Positions 29,694-38,530 of a stretch of 64,000 nt of DNA are shown here, piece by piece. Made by a program: the position numbers and the translations under genes. The notes beneath the pieces were generated by a model, which did no database searches, had not been told where the DNA came from, and worked only from the letters and a program-made list of their open reading frames with translations. The stretch comes from a virus: the IMG/VR virus record IMGVR_UViG_3300027708_000025, positions 1 through 64,000 of that record, one strand, 5' to 3'. Position 1 is the first letter of the stretch. Each line of letters starts with the position of its first letter.

Positions 29694-30103
29694 GCGGTAA
29701 CAACAAAAGGTTTGTTCCATTTGCCAACGTTGATATGAGCATAGTAAGCGGTATCAAAATAATCTGTCATCGCATCGCTACGGTCATAATAATCACCAGA
29801 ATAAATCGCAGTAACGATTTTGGTCATTAGTTCTTTTGCTTTACCAGAATAATGATCCTGATAATAATAATGATTCACTTGGTCGTAACCACTTTTATTG
29901 GGTTGAAAACCACGTGCCACTTGATAAGAGTCACGCCCGCAAGTTTCATTAGCATTGGCAATAAAGTCAACGGGTGCGGACTTGATTGTGCATGTAATAG
30001 ATAAACTATCGCAACGCAGGGAATATTTAACGCCAGTACCTTTCAACGCCTTGTCAAGGTTTGCTTTGATAACCGCTTTGCGTTCTTGATTCATATAAGC
30101 CAT
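29690..30103 (-). CDS. Conserved phage hypothetical protein
   Basis: YDRSDAMTDYFDTAYYAHINVGKW C-terminal motif. Confidence 0.7.
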   Translation of the reverse strand: MAYMNQERKAVIKANLDKALKGTGVKYSLRCDSLSITCTIKSAPVDFIANANETCGRDSYQVARGFQPNKSGYDQVNHYYYQDHYSGKAKELMTKIVTAIYSGDYYDRSDAMTDYFDTAYYAHINVGKWNKPFVVTA

Positions 30104-30105
30104 GT

Positions 30106-30279
30106 TCAATTCACTCCATAAAAAATACAGTCTTCATCATACGAATACGATTCATACATCATCATATCGTGGTAAGCATTCATAGTATCACGGAATGCTT
30201 GGTAAGTCAAGTCAATTTCTTCTTCTTGTTGGGTTAAAGCAACAGTCTGTAATTCAACGTTTATCAAATCAATATTCAT
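30106..30279 (-). CDS. Small acidic hypothetical protein, 57 aa
   Basis: Hand-translated MNIDLINVELQ...; AAGGA RBS; first gene after promoter. Confidence 0.6.
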   Translation of the reverse strand: MNIDLINVELQTVALTQQEEEIDLTYQAFRDTMNAYHDMMMYESYSYDEDCIFYGVN

Positions 30280-30311
30280 AATTAGTCCTTAATCTCACAA
30301 CCAACACCTTA

Positions 30312-30372
30312 AGTATCGCATGAAAACCAGCACCTGTCAAGTCTTTTTTCGGTAATGTTGCAAAAAAACAAC
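30312..30372 (-). promoter_or_regulatory. Early promoter with upstream GTTG-N8-CAAC palindrome
   Basis: TTGACA-17-GATACT; palindrome 30357-30372. Confidence 0.75.
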
Positions 30373-30415
30373 GAGATTAGGGCGGTTTTGGGCGGTTTTT
30401 AGATATAAGTTGATG

Positions 30416-30733
30416 CTAGAGTACATCCGAACCCTCAGAGTCGCCCAAACGGCGGTCTAGGGCGTCTAAATCCTGCTTCAAACGGCTGTGGAAAGAGTCT
30501 TCTCCATCATCGCAACAAACCAGCCAATCGATCCTTTGCACATAAATTTGTGCCAATAAAATTGTCATTCGTGCAAGTTTAAATTTTTCAATAGTTTCTG
30601 GTGAATACTCATAACTTTTTCTGTCCCCGTATTCGTCCACTTCTTTGGAATCATTGTCTAGAATAATCTGTTCAATTTCATCTGCAATTTGTCCGAATTC
30701 ATATTGTTTGTATTGAAAATGTCCGCCACTCAT
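30416..30733 (-). CDS. Hypothetical protein
   Basis: MSGGHFQY...RIDWLVCCDDGEDSF. Confidence 0.7.
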   Translation of the reverse strand: MSGGHFQYKQYEFGQIADEIEQIILDNDSKEVDEYGDRKSYEYSPETIEKFKLARMTILLAQIYVQRIDWLVCCDDGEDSFHSRLKQDLDALDRRLGDSEGSDVL

Positions 30734-30857
30734 AATTATCTTCCTGTAACAAATCCCACAACAAAACCAAACGTTCGGATACACCAAACCTTGAAACGGA
30801 ATCTTTTGTTTATACCATTTCGTTTTGCATCATTGTATCGATTATGAAATATTGGAC

Positions 30858-31058
30858 TCACACGGTTCCTCCGTAGTACGGAATCAGCAGTTCTAAAGCG
30901 GCAATGATTTTGATGTTGTTTGCAACATCTTCTGGATGCAACCATTTTCCTTCTTTAAAATCTTCAAGTTCTTTTCGCAAATATTTTAATTGATCTTGCA
31001 TAGTCATCAAGGCAATTTTATCTGCGATATCATAGTCAAGTGTAAGTCCGCTACTCAT
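30858..31058 (-). CDS. Hypothetical protein
   Basis: 66-aa ORF in operon. Confidence 0.6.
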   Translation of the reverse strand: MSSGLTLDYDIADKIALMTMQDQLKYLRKELEDFKEGKWLHPEDVANNIKIIAALELLIPYYGGTV

Positions 31059-31383
31059 AATTCAACTCCATAAAGTTTGTTTCTAGTGGAAGAATTTCCA
31101 TCTCTAAAGTGTCTTTACTTTTCTCAATTAAATCTCCCAACACACCAGCGCCATATCCGCTACAACCATAGTAACTTTTATTGCAGGTATAAATTGAACC
31201 AGACGAACCTTCAAAATAATATGAACGTTCATCTTCTGTTATTTTAGTCACTCCAGAATTTAACTTCCAAGAATCACTACCAAGATAGCCGCCATACCAA
31301 CATGCAAAAATCCTGTAGTGGCATTCATTGTCTTTGTTAGTCAGTTTGACCATTAGCCATTTGTCTGGTGTGTAATCACTCAT
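31051..31383 (-). CDS. Conserved phage hypothetical protein
   Basis: YTPDKW...WYGGYLGSDSWKLNSG...GSSGS. Confidence 0.75.
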   Translation of the reverse strand: MSDYTPDKWLMVKLTNKDNECHYRIFACWYGGYLGSDSWKLNSGVTKITEDERSYYFEGSSGSIYTCNKSYYGCSGYGAGVLGDLIEKSKDTLEMEILPLETNFMELNYE

Positions 31384-31386
31384 CGT

Positions 31387-31596
31387 TTAACTCAAAAATG
31401 TTTTAGCAATTTTATCTGCACAATAATGTCCATCCTTGCCATTGTCGCCCATATCTTCACATATGTTTAGGCATTCCTGAATAATCAATTCAGCAAACTT
31501 TGATTCATATGCCTCCGTCCAGAAAGGCTCACCTTTGAAGTTATAGTCAGTATACTTTTCAGCCTGTTCAGCAAGTAGTTTAATTCGTTCGTTCAT
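31387..31596 (-). CDS. Hypothetical protein
   Basis: MNERIKLLAEQA...KFAELIIQEC pattern. Confidence 0.65.
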   Translation of the reverse strand: MNERIKLLAEQAEKYTDYNFKGEPFWTEAYESKFAELIIQECLNICEDMGDNGKDGHYCADKIAKTFLS

Positions 31597-31597
31597 A

Positions 31598-31804
31598 TTA
31601 ATACCCAAATGCCAATATACCACCTGCACCGCCCCATTCATTATTAGCGATACCCATTAATGCAACTGCAAAGATATCAATGGGTACAGCGTTATGAATA
31701 GGGTTTAAATCGATAATCTCTCCTTGGATATGGATTGATAACCACTCGGCAAAGATATCATGTACCCAAATACCGAATTCGTTTTGTATCATAATATCTT
31801 TCAT
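31598..31804 (-). CDS. Hypothetical protein
   Basis: 68-aa ORF in operon. Confidence 0.5.
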   Translation of the reverse strand: MKDIMIQNEFGIWVHDIFAEWLSIHIQGEIIDLNPIHNAVPIDIFAVALMGIANNEWGGAGGILAFGY

Positions 31805-32034
31805 GCGAATTCCTCAATGTCAAATTTAGCCATAACGATTTGACCTTTAACTTTCTTTGGGTAGTATTCTGGTGTTGTCATTGTCTCAGCAACAAGAATC
31901 TTACCAAGTGCGATCCATTCAACAAGTGACATTGAAATGTTAGTATACGCTTCAAGATATTCTTGGCATTCAGCAAACGATTTGAATTGCTTAGAGTCAA
32001 GTGTGTTTGTCAGTTTTGGTTTTGCGAGTAACAT
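31801..32034 (-). CDS. Hypothetical protein
   Basis: 77-aa ORF with RBS. Confidence 0.6.
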   Translation of the reverse strand: MLLAKPKLTNTLDSKQFKSFAECQEYLEAYTNISMSLVEWIALGKILVAETMTTPEYYPKKVKGQIVMAKFDIEEFA

Positions 32035-32037
32035 AAT

Positions 32038-32259
32038 TTATTCCTTATAAACAAGTGATGAGGTACCATCATATCGTGAAATATCTTCGTTCCATGAGGG
32101 TGGTTGTCCGCATTCAAAGTGCATCACATCACGCCCTTGAATGTCTTCTTCTATATTCAACATTTCAACTTCATCGGTGTAGTGCCAATCGTGGCACCAC
32201 TCACAATAAACTTTGAATCTGTCTTCTGCCATTTTTCGTTTGCTTTGAAAACCTGTCAT
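32038..32259 (-). CDS. Hypothetical protein with CxxC
   Basis: MTGFQSKR...CEWCHDWH. Confidence 0.6.
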   Translation of the reverse strand: MTGFQSKRKMAEDRFKVYCEWCHDWHYTDEVEMLNIEEDIQGRDVMHFECGQPPSWNEDISRYDGTSSLVYKE

Positions 32260-32261
32260 GT

Positions 32262-32696
32262 TCACTCCGCAGAAATTGGATCTAAACAAAATTGTGCAAA
32301 GTCTTCCCATGTGCCTTCAAACAAAGGCTCTTGGTCATATGGACTTTCGTCATATGGAAAATCGTGATACACAATCACTTTGTCTTTATACACATGATAT
32401 TCATAATCTTGGCTGTAGTCACGTCCAGTCATTGGCGCATAGATGTATATTCCACCAACACCATGTTTCAATTGAACAACCAATTGTGCGGCAAGACAAC
32501 CCATGCCATTGGCTTCAGCCGAATTTTTATCGCTATACCCATTGACTAGAGTTTTAGAATTCAAAAACTGAGCCAGTTCGTGCCCATGGCACGATGGATA
32601 TCCATCGTATTGACGATAGATACACATGATTGGTTCATTAGTTCCGTCATCGGAATTGGAACCATCGTACACAAAAGTTAAAGACCGAGTACCCAT
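32262..32696 (-). CDS. Conserved phage hypothetical protein
   Basis: MGTRS...YRQYDGYP..HG..L...NGMGCLAAQL. Confidence 0.75.
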   Translation of the reverse strand: MGTRSLTFVYDGSNSDDGTNEPIMCIYRQYDGYPSCHGHELAQFLNSKTLVNGYSDKNSAEANGMGCLAAQLVVQLKHGVGGIYIYAPMTGRDYSQDYEYHVYKDKVIVYHDFPYDESPYDQEPLFEGTWEDFAQFCLDPISAE

Positions 32697-32884
32697 TATG
32701 CATTCTCCTTTGCCATATCATAACCATTAATAAAATCAGCATTTGAAAACAACGTATCGTTCCAACGCTTCTCAACTATCACTTCAACCCATTCAACTGG
32801 ACAACCAACTTGCGCCGCAATGTCTTCACAAAGCATAACTGTGGTATCCAGCAATTCATTAATTTCAATTTCAATATCGCTCAT
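32696..32884 (-). CDS. Hypothetical protein
   Basis: 62-aa ORF, TAATG coupling. Confidence 0.55.
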   Translation of the reverse strand: MSDIEIEINELLDTTVMLCEDIAAQVGCPVEWVEVIVEKRWNDTLFSNADFINGYDMAKENA

Positions 32885-33048
32885 TATGCATCCTCACGCA
32901 TTGCACTAACACCAGTAAACATCAAAGCAAGTCCAGCAACAGCAAGTGCCATCTGGACAATCAAATCGGCATTGGGATTCACTTCAATGGTACCAACAGC
33001 ACCAAAGACAATCAGAAAACCGACAAGCATTCGAATAGAACCACGCAT
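32884..33048 (-). CDS. Small two-helix membrane protein, 54 aa
   Basis: Hand-translated MRGSIRMLVGFLIVFGAVG...; coupled to both neighbours. Confidence 0.6.
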   Translation of the reverse strand: MRGSIRMLVGFLIVFGAVGTIEVNPNADLIVQMALAVAGLALMFTGVSAMREDA

Positions 33049-33233
33049 TACCAACTCCTAACATTAAGTACTTCAATTTCAACAAATTCATCTTCAATAT
33101 CATCAGGTATTTGCTTTTCAACGGTATTAGCAAAATACACGGCGGCATCATTATTATCAAATGCCTTCAAATTGACCCAACCATTCTCAGGACCGAAACT
33201 CTTAACGATATAAACTTCCATTTTAATCTCCAA
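33048..33233 (-). CDS. Hypothetical protein
   Basis: First ORF after promoter. Confidence 0.55.
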   Translation of the reverse strand: MEIKMEVYIVKSFGPENGWVNLKAFDNNDAAVYFANTVEKQIPDDIEDEFVEIEVLNVRSW

Positions 33234-33250
33234 TCAACTGAACAAATTCT

Positions 33251-33311
33251 AGTATAGCACAATGGGAAAGAATGTCAACAACTATTTTTGATAGTGTTGT
33301 TTTTATGCTAC
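33251..33311 (-). promoter_or_regulatory. Repeated early promoter unit
   Basis: Palindrome variant, AAAATAGTTG, TTGACA-16-TATACT. Confidence 0.8.
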
Positions 33312-33515
33312 ACCAGCCATTTTGCTGTATATTGCTGGATAAACTGTTGCAATGGCTTTGGAAACTGTTGATTCTTTCTTACCATAAATCATAGCCACCA
33401 TTTGGATTTCAGTACTGACCGAACCATATCCACCACTCAAGTAAATTCCAGCTTTCATCTTTGCTAATTTAACAATCATTGTTTCGTATTTTAACATTTT
33501 TAACTCCTTTTTCAA
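33303..33515 (-). CDS. Hypothetical protein
   Basis: Single ORF between two promoter repeats. Confidence 0.6.
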   Translation of the reverse strand: MKKELKMLKYETMIVKLAKMKAGIYLSGGYGSVSTEIQMVAMIYGKKESTVSKAIATVYPAIYSKMAGVA

Positions 33516-33526
33516 TCTATGAATCT

Positions 33527-33587
33527 ATTATACCAAAGTGCGACTATATGTCAACAACTATTTTCAAGGCTGTTGTTTTCTTGCAAC
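33527..33587 (-). promoter_or_regulatory. Repeated early promoter unit
   Basis: GTTG-N8-CAAC, AAAATAGTTG, TTGACA-16-TATAAT. Confidence 0.82.
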
Positions 33588-33812
33588 ACCAGAAATTTGC
33601 CACAATTTTTCTTCACCTTCATAATCGTGTGCATAAACAGAAAGTTTTTGCCCATATACTTCAATAGTGCCCCAATTATCATAAACATTATACGGGTCTG
33701 GTTCTACAGTAACGTTCCGCATAATTTCACAATAACCATTTCGCCACGTAGGCAATTTCTGTTTAAAATACTTATCATTCTCACGCTGGATAATAAAGAT
33801 TTTAGATTTCAT
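33564..33812 (-). CDS. Hypothetical protein
   Basis: 82 aa; C-terminus encoded by the promoter palindrome. Confidence 0.6.
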   Translation of the reverse strand: MKSKIFIIQRENDKYFKQKLPTWRNGYCEIMRNVTVEPDPYNVYDNWGTIEVYGQKLSVYAHDYEGEEKLWQISGVARKQQP

Positions 33813-33844
33813 TTTATTTCACTTCAAAAAAAAGGGGGAAAACA

Positions 33845-34015
33845 TTACGCAACACAAGTCCGCCTAGCGGTAGGGCTAGTTTTCCCCTCAAGGATATTCT
33901 TTACAATTTTATCTGTCATAATTACACCACCATATGCACGGCGATAAATTTCAGCACATTCTTTAATTCCAAAAACTAAAACTTTACCAGTTGGCATGAG
34001 GAGGGTGTAATTCAT
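33845..34015 (-). CDS. Hypothetical protein, 56 aa
   Basis: Hand-translated MNYTLLMPTGKVLVFGIKECAEIYRRAYGG...; ATGA overlap. Confidence 0.55.
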   Translation of the reverse strand: MNYTLLMPTGKVLVFGIKECAEIYRRAYGGVIMTDKIVKNILEGKTSPTARRTCVA

Positions 34016-34212
34016 TTTAAAACAGTCACAATTTGAATTTGTAAACCTTTACGCACAGCAACCTTTAAAGTCACTCCGTATTTTTTACAAGTACGTTTAG
34101 GTAAATCCATTCCATAAGGAACAAGAAAATTGGTGCCGTTTGCCGCCTTCAGAAAAACAGCGGTGCTACGACCAACACGATTAAGAACAGAATTTTTAAA
34201 TGCTTTTTTCAT
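34012..34212 (-). CDS. Basic hypothetical protein
   Basis: 66-aa ORF in operon. Confidence 0.55.
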   Translation of the reverse strand: MKKAFKNSVLNRVGRSTAVFLKAANGTNFLVPYGMDLPKRTCKKYGVTLKVAVRKGLQIQIVTVLK

Positions 34213-34213
34213 T

Positions 34214-34963
34214 TTAAGCCGCCATCAAAATAAGAGTAGGATACTTTACAAAACCAGTGGTGTCTTTTTTAGCTTTGCCTTTTGCATACAAGCCAACCAC
34301 AACACCTTTGGGATCAAGGAAACGCAAATCGGATTCGTCACCATTGAAAACTGGCATACCCATATAAGTCTCAGGCATTGGCAAAGTTTTCTTAATACCG
34401 AACACGGTAGCAACATTATAACCTTGTTGAATTGCTTTTGTAACATCGGAATCATTGCCGTCAGCGGCAGAGAATGTCAAATGGTAGTTAGCGATATCAA
34501 CAACTTTACGACCAAGAACCTTGGTGTAATCATAGAATTGGACTTCAGGAAAAGCGGTGAACATGTTACGGAACAATTGACCGTTACGGACAACTTCATA
34601 CTTTTCAAACGCAAGGTCGGAAGTACCATTCAAACGAAACACGGGAACAAGGTTCATCCGTTTGCTTTGTTTAATTGCTAATTCAATATCAGCAACAAGC
34701 AAAGTCATAAAATAATTACGGGTTTCAAAAAACATTTTGGTTTTGCGAATACGTGCTTTTTGAATAACGTTAGTGGTCTCGCCACGCTTAAACATACCAC
34801 CACGACCAGCGGTATTCAAACAGGCGGAAGTACAACCAGCGGTACGTTTAGGGCAAGTTTCATAACCACTCAAGTTAGCTGGCGCAAGGTGCAGAATGTA
34901 GGTATTGTAACCTTGTGACATTCCTTTAAGAACCTTGGGATTTCCAGTAGATAGTAGTTTCAT
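34214..34963 (-). CDS. Phage GP88-like protein (Cys-containing)
   Basis: CP..TAGCTSACLNTAGRG, RLNGTSD, QFYDYTK, GDESDLRFLD. Confidence 0.75.
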   Translation of the reverse strand: MKLLSTGNPKVLKGMSQGYNTYILHLAPANLSGYETCPKRTAGCTSACLNTAGRGGMFKRGETTNVIQKARIRKTKMFFETRNYFMTLLVADIELAIKQSKRMNLVPVFRLNGTSDLAFEKYEVVRNGQLFRNMFTAFPEVQFYDYTKVLGRKVVDIANYHLTFSAADGNDSDVTKAIQQGYNVATVFGIKKTLPMPETYMGMPVFNGDESDLRFLDPKGVVVGLYAKGKAKKDTTGFVKYPTLILMAA

Positions 34964-34997
34964 AAATTTCCGTTTCTTTTCTTAATCTCTAGACTCT

Positions 34998-35058
34998 AGT
35001 ATATCACAGTCGGAACACATGTCAACAACTATTTTCAAGGTTGTTGTTTTTCTGCAAC
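34998..35058 (-). promoter_or_regulatory. Repeated early promoter unit
   Basis: GTTG-N8-CAAC, AAAATAGTTG, TTGACA-16-TATACT, then AGAGTCTAGAGATT. Confidence 0.85.
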
Positions 35059-35219
35059 TATTTTGCAGAATTCCACAGGTCACAATAGTACTTGGCATCC
35101 CGCCTGAGGTCACATGCGTCTACCACAAAGTCACCGTCCATGATGTACCAAACAGCCTTCTCTAGACCAGTCTTGGTCATCGTGTAGGATTTCTTGATAG
35201 TGTAAGTCGGTTTGTTCAT
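35058..35219 (-). CDS. Hypothetical protein, 53 aa
   Basis: Hand-translated MNKPTYTIKKSY...; single ORF between promoter repeats. Confidence 0.6.
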   Translation of the reverse strand: MNKPTYTIKKSYTMTKTGLEKAVWYIMDGDFVVDACDLRRDAKYYCDLWNSAK

Positions 35220-35239
35220 AATTTCAATCTCTAGACTCT

Positions 35240-35300
35240 AGTATAGCAGAATAGGTAAACATGTCAACAACTATTTTTAAAAATGTTGTAGAAAAACAAC
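35240..35300 (-). promoter_or_regulatory. Repeated early promoter unit
   Basis: GTTG-N8-CAAC, TTGACA-16-TATACT, then AGAGTCTAGAGATT. Confidence 0.85.
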
Positions 35301-35302
35301 GC

Positions 35303-35330
35303 AAAAAACCGCCTTGTGGGCGGTTTTTTT
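35303..35330. terminator. Bidirectional intrinsic terminator
   Basis: AAAAAACCGCC-ttgtg-GGCGGTTTTTT. Confidence 0.8.
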
Positions 35331-35384
35331 AGTCTTGGAGGGGTAAGAGTACAGTCTATAGCGGAAAGTCGCCCAAAAGCCTGA

Positions 35385-35801
35385 TTATGGTGTCACTTTA
35401 CGCCAGTTTTTAAGTGCTTTTTCTAAGTCCCTGAATGCTTCATCCTCTTCTGAGGTTGCAGGATCATAAGAATAACTTGTAGTACTTGGGTATTCAGTAT
35501 ATGTGCCGTATGTATTCACATCCATGTGGCGCTCGCCATCAAAATTAAATTCAAATTCATCCTGTTCTGGTTCTTCATCATCGCCTTCATCCCTAACACA
35601 ATCCCATACAGTTTGAAATTTTTCATACAATGTAGAATCAATATCATCAATCATGCCTTCTAGTGTGTAGATTGCAGATTGCAATACTTTAATGTCCACA
35701 TCATTCTCTGTACCAGCGACAAGAAGTTTAAATAGATTTTTAAATTCTCCAACCCGAATGATTGCAGATTCTAGTTCAGTTAATTCGTTCCAATGTTTCA
35801 T
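35385..35801 (-). CDS. Acidic hypothetical protein
   Basis: 138-aa ORF. Confidence 0.65.
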   Translation of the reverse strand: MKHWNELTELESAIIRVGEFKNLFKLLVAGTENDVDIKVLQSAIYTLEGMIDDIDSTLYEKFQTVWDCVRDEGDDEEPEQDEFEFNFDGERHMDVNTYGTYTEYPSTTSYSYDPATSEEDEAFRDLEKALKNWRKVTP

Positions 35802-35989
35802 AATGACTCCATATATTTGTTACGTTGCTGAATGTTCTGCGGTTGTTGTTCACGCACAGATTCTTTGATAGTGTTTTGAAATTTACTAACACTACTATCT
35901 ATAAGCATTGCTATTCCGGAAGTGCCCGCTGTTGCAAGAAAGATTCCAACAGCACACCCAAATAAAAATTTCATCATGCTATAATCCAA
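35798..35989 (-). CDS. Small membrane-anchored protein
   Basis: N-terminal hydrophobic segment. Confidence 0.55.
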   Translation of the reverse strand: MDYSMMKFLFGCAVGIFLATAGTSGIAMLIDSSVSKFQNTIKESVREQQPQNIQQRNKYMESL

Positions 35990-36282
35990 TCAATGTCATC
36001 ACGAATTTCTACAGATTCAGCACCATCATATTCGTGAATACGAAAAGCAGTACCGACAGGCAACCATTGAACTTTTAAATCACCTGCACCACCACAGTAT
36101 GTGTCTGGATATTTGGCTTCGCAATATTGTGTAATTGTTTCAGAATTTGTTCCGTCTTCAATCATCTCTACAATAGTTGGATCAAACAACAATTCTGAAT
36201 CAGAATTCCATGTTGACCAACCAGCACCAAATCCTGGAGATACAAGTACTGCAACTTTTCCATCACGAATAACTTTGTCCAT
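35974..36282 (-). CDS. Conserved phage hypothetical protein
   Basis: VAVLVSPGFGAGWSTWN...FRIHEYDGAE. Confidence 0.75.
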   Translation of the reverse strand: MDKVIRDGKVAVLVSPGFGAGWSTWNSDSELLFDPTIVEMIEDGTNSETITQYCEAKYPDTYCGGAGDLKVQWLPVGTAFRIHEYDGAESVEIRDDIDWIIA

Positions 36283-36893
36283 TAGTCCACCTTCATCGCA
36301 TTCAATTCATTAATTTTCTGTGTTTCAATCTTATCTGTTTGTTTATCTAACTCACGAAAAGATTTTGAAGAACGTAATTGTGCATAGAGTCCAGCATTAC
36401 GTTGAATCTCAGCAAGCATAATCTTGTTTGATTCGTCAGCAGAGAAACGCAAACGAACGAATGCTCTAAAACCACCATTCTCTTTAACTACCATAAAGTT
36501 TGTACGTTGCACACCAACTAAATTTACTTTAGCAACAATCAATCGTGTGGTACGTTCAATGTCAGCATTAGCAACACTTTTGCCAAGTACACCAGATTCA
36601 ACTGCAAAGTCTTTCATCATAGCACTAGTGTATGAAGAATAGTTAGATGCTAATTCACGTTTAGCAGACAACATTGCTTTGTCTACAGAGAACTGAAAAT
36701 CGTTTGAGTATTCAGTACCAACACCATAGATAGCAGAATCATCTTTCTTCGGCGCATCAGCATACCACTTAGGATAGTCAACTTCGTTACTAAACATTTT
36801 CGTTTCACTCACACTTGGACCATCTTTGATAGTACTACATGCACTCAATGAAATTACAAACGGCAATACTGCATAACATAAAAACTTTTCCAT
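36282..36893 (-). CDS. LPP20-like lipoprotein
   Basis: Lipobox LSAC; PKWY; KAMLSAKRELA. Confidence 0.7.
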   Translation of the reverse strand: MEKFLCYAVLPFVISLSACSTIKDGPSVSETKMFSNEVDYPKWYADAPKKDDSAIYGVGTEYSNDFQFSVDKAMLSAKRELASNYSSYTSAMMKDFAVESGVLGKSVANADIERTTRLIVAKVNLVGVQRTNFMVVKENGGFRAFVRLRFSADESNKIMLAEIQRNAGLYAQLRSSKSFRELDKQTDKIETQKINELNAMKVD

Positions 36894-36895
36894 GA

Positions 36896-37024
36896 TTATT
36901 TTCCTACATTCTTAATGTATTGACCTGCTTGATTCAAGTCTTGTCCAGCACCTTGCAGAGTGCCACCCACAGTACCACAGCCAGTTAAGACTACCAGTAC
37001 ACCCATAATAAAAAGAGACTTCAT
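36896..37024 (-). CDS. Entericidin-like small lipoprotein, 42 aa
   Basis: Not in ORF track; MKSLFIMGVLVVLTGCGTVGGTLQGAGQDLNQAGQYIKNVGK (lipobox LTGC, GAGQDL..AG). Confidence 0.75.
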   Translation of the reverse strand: MKSLFIMGVLVVLTGCGTVGGTLQGAGQDLNQAGQYIKNVGK

Positions 37025-37028
37025 TTCA

Positions 37029-37751
37029 CTACCTTTCAATGCTTACATGATGATTAATAACTTTCCGACTGTCAAAAGGAATATCCTTTACCAGCGAATC
37101 AAACTCCATTGTACTGTACTTATCTCTAAAAGTCAAATTCTTATCGGTAAACAAAAACACCAGCAACTCATTAGAATGACTTTTGCCGATTGGCAATTCA
37201 GCTTGCATTTTGTATCTAGTAGATGGAATTTGAATCTGTTTATTAATCTCCAGTACTTTGTCAGTATAGACTAATTGATACTGTTTGTCAACTAAGTTAA
37301 AAATACCAACGGTACCTGTAATCCCAGAGACAGCTTGAAACACAAATCGTTCTCCAACTTTAAGTTGATTCTTGCCATCAACATGGAATTTCATTGAATT
37401 GACAATTTTATGAACATCAACTTCAATGTCAACTTCACATACTTGTCTGTCTCTATTTGGGTAGATTTGTTTATCTTTTTTATAAACAGTTTTAATCTCA
37501 CCACTCACTTCAGTATAAAGAGTAGAAAGCACGGTACATTTCTCATCTTTACAATTTTCGTTTTGTGCGGCTTCAATCATTTCACCCACAAAATTTGTAA
37601 TTGCATTTTGTTTTGCTTTTTCTTCAGCAAGTCTACATGCAACATTTTCAGCAGTATCAGGACCGAATGAGTATTCACCAGTACCTTTTACACGTTCAGC
37701 ATATGCAAGGCTACTCGCACAAAGCAAAGTCATAAAAAATAATTTACGCAA
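37029..37751 (-). CDS. Secreted hypothetical protein
   Basis: Signal peptide; A.RLAEEKAKQNAI segment resembling FlgT/LPP20 N-domains. Confidence 0.6.
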   Translation of the reverse strand: MRKLFFMTLLCASSLAYAERVKGTGEYSFGPDTAENVACRLAEEKAKQNAITNFVGEMIEAAQNENCKDEKCTVLSTLYTEVSGEIKTVYKKDKQIYPNRDRQVCEVDIEVDVHKIVNSMKFHVDGKNQLKVGERFVFQAVSGITGTVGIFNLVDKQYQLVYTDKVLEINKQIQIPSTRYKMQAELPIGKSHSNELLVFLFTDKNLTFRDKYSTMEFDSLVKDIPFDSRKVINHHVSIER

Positions 37752-38214
37752 CTTTCAATCCTTTCAGTCTATCTGCCGCATAAGAAGCGGCAAATGCATT
37801 TGGTTTAACCATAGGCACAACATTACATGTTCCTTTGATGTAGCCAATTGCTTCGTTAATAACACAAGAACTACCATGCATTTCATTTGGATTAATATCC
37901 AAATGAACTTCAACATCTCGCCCCTCTAATACATCTGCAAGTTTGATATATAACTCAGAAAGTTTATATACCTCTGTCATCAGACGATATCTTGGACGAT
38001 TCACTTTTTGGTCATAGTCACGTTCACGCTGTACTTCACCAAACAATTTGCATCCATGTCTTCCGTCAATGTGAACTACAATAGCAAGAACATAATCTGC
38101 GTACCAAAGCCCACCAATGTTAAATCTTTCAGAATCACAACCAATATAGATTTTAGTATTAGGTGTTTGATCTTCTATGAATTGCCTCACCTCTTCTAAA
38201 TCTAATTTACGCAC
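37744..38214 (-). CDS. RNase H-like (YkuK family) protein
   Basis: IYIGCDS, RLMTEV, EVHLDIN, KPNAFAASYAAD. Confidence 0.85.
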   Translation of the reverse strand: MRKLDLEEVRQFIEDQTPNTKIYIGCDSERFNIGGLWYADYVLAIVVHIDGRHGCKLFGEVQRERDYDQKVNRPRYRLMTEVYKLSELYIKLADVLEGRDVEVHLDINPNEMHGSSCVINEAIGYIKGTCNVVPMVKPNAFAASYAADRLKGLKVA

Positions 38215-38233
38215 AACTTACTCCTTAAAAACC

Positions 38234-38308
38234 TGGTGGGCAGAGAGAGAATTGAACTCCCACTCAAGCGATTATGAGTCGCCTGCTTTACCATTAAGCT
38301 ACCTGCCC
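38234..38308 (-). tRNA. tRNA-Ile2(CAT)
   Basis: Cloverleaf, GGCGACTCATAATCGC arm as in bacterial ileX; CCA end. Confidence 0.85.
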
Positions 38309-38315
38309 TAAAACT

Positions 38316-38399
38316 TGGTATGAGAGGAGGGACTCGAACCCTCAATCCTTGCGGCGGGAGATTTTAAGTCTCCTGTGTATACCATTCCACCACTCTCAC
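38316..38399 (-). tRNA. tRNA-Leu(TAA)
   Basis: Cloverleaf with long variable arm; CCA. Confidence 0.93.
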
Positions 38400-38404
38400 A
38401 TAAC

Positions 38405-38481
38405 TGGCCTGACTGGAGGGATTCGAACCCCCGACCGACGGATTAGAAATCCGTTGCTCTATCCTACTGAGCTACAGTCAG
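38405..38481 (-). tRNA. tRNA-Arg(TCT)
   Basis: ACGGA-TTTCTAA-TCCGT; CCA. Confidence 0.93.
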
Positions 38482-38500
38482 AATTAATTTCTATACATGT

Positions 38501-38529
38501 AGTATAGTTTATATTGATTTGTGTGTCAA
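38501..38529 (-). promoter_or_regulatory. Sigma70-type promoter for the last three tRNAs and downstream operon
   Basis: TTGACA-17-TATACT. Confidence 0.7.
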
Positions 38530-38530
38530 G

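Noticed and set aside
33241-35300. CRISPR array or integron attC cassettes
   Set aside because: Repeats are degenerate, irregularly spaced and contain -35/-10 boxes; no cas or integrase gene in the window.
38405-38481. Amber suppressor tRNA (CTA) and stop-codon recoding
   Set aside because: Stem pairing centres the loop on TCT (Arg), and core genes read intact in code 11.
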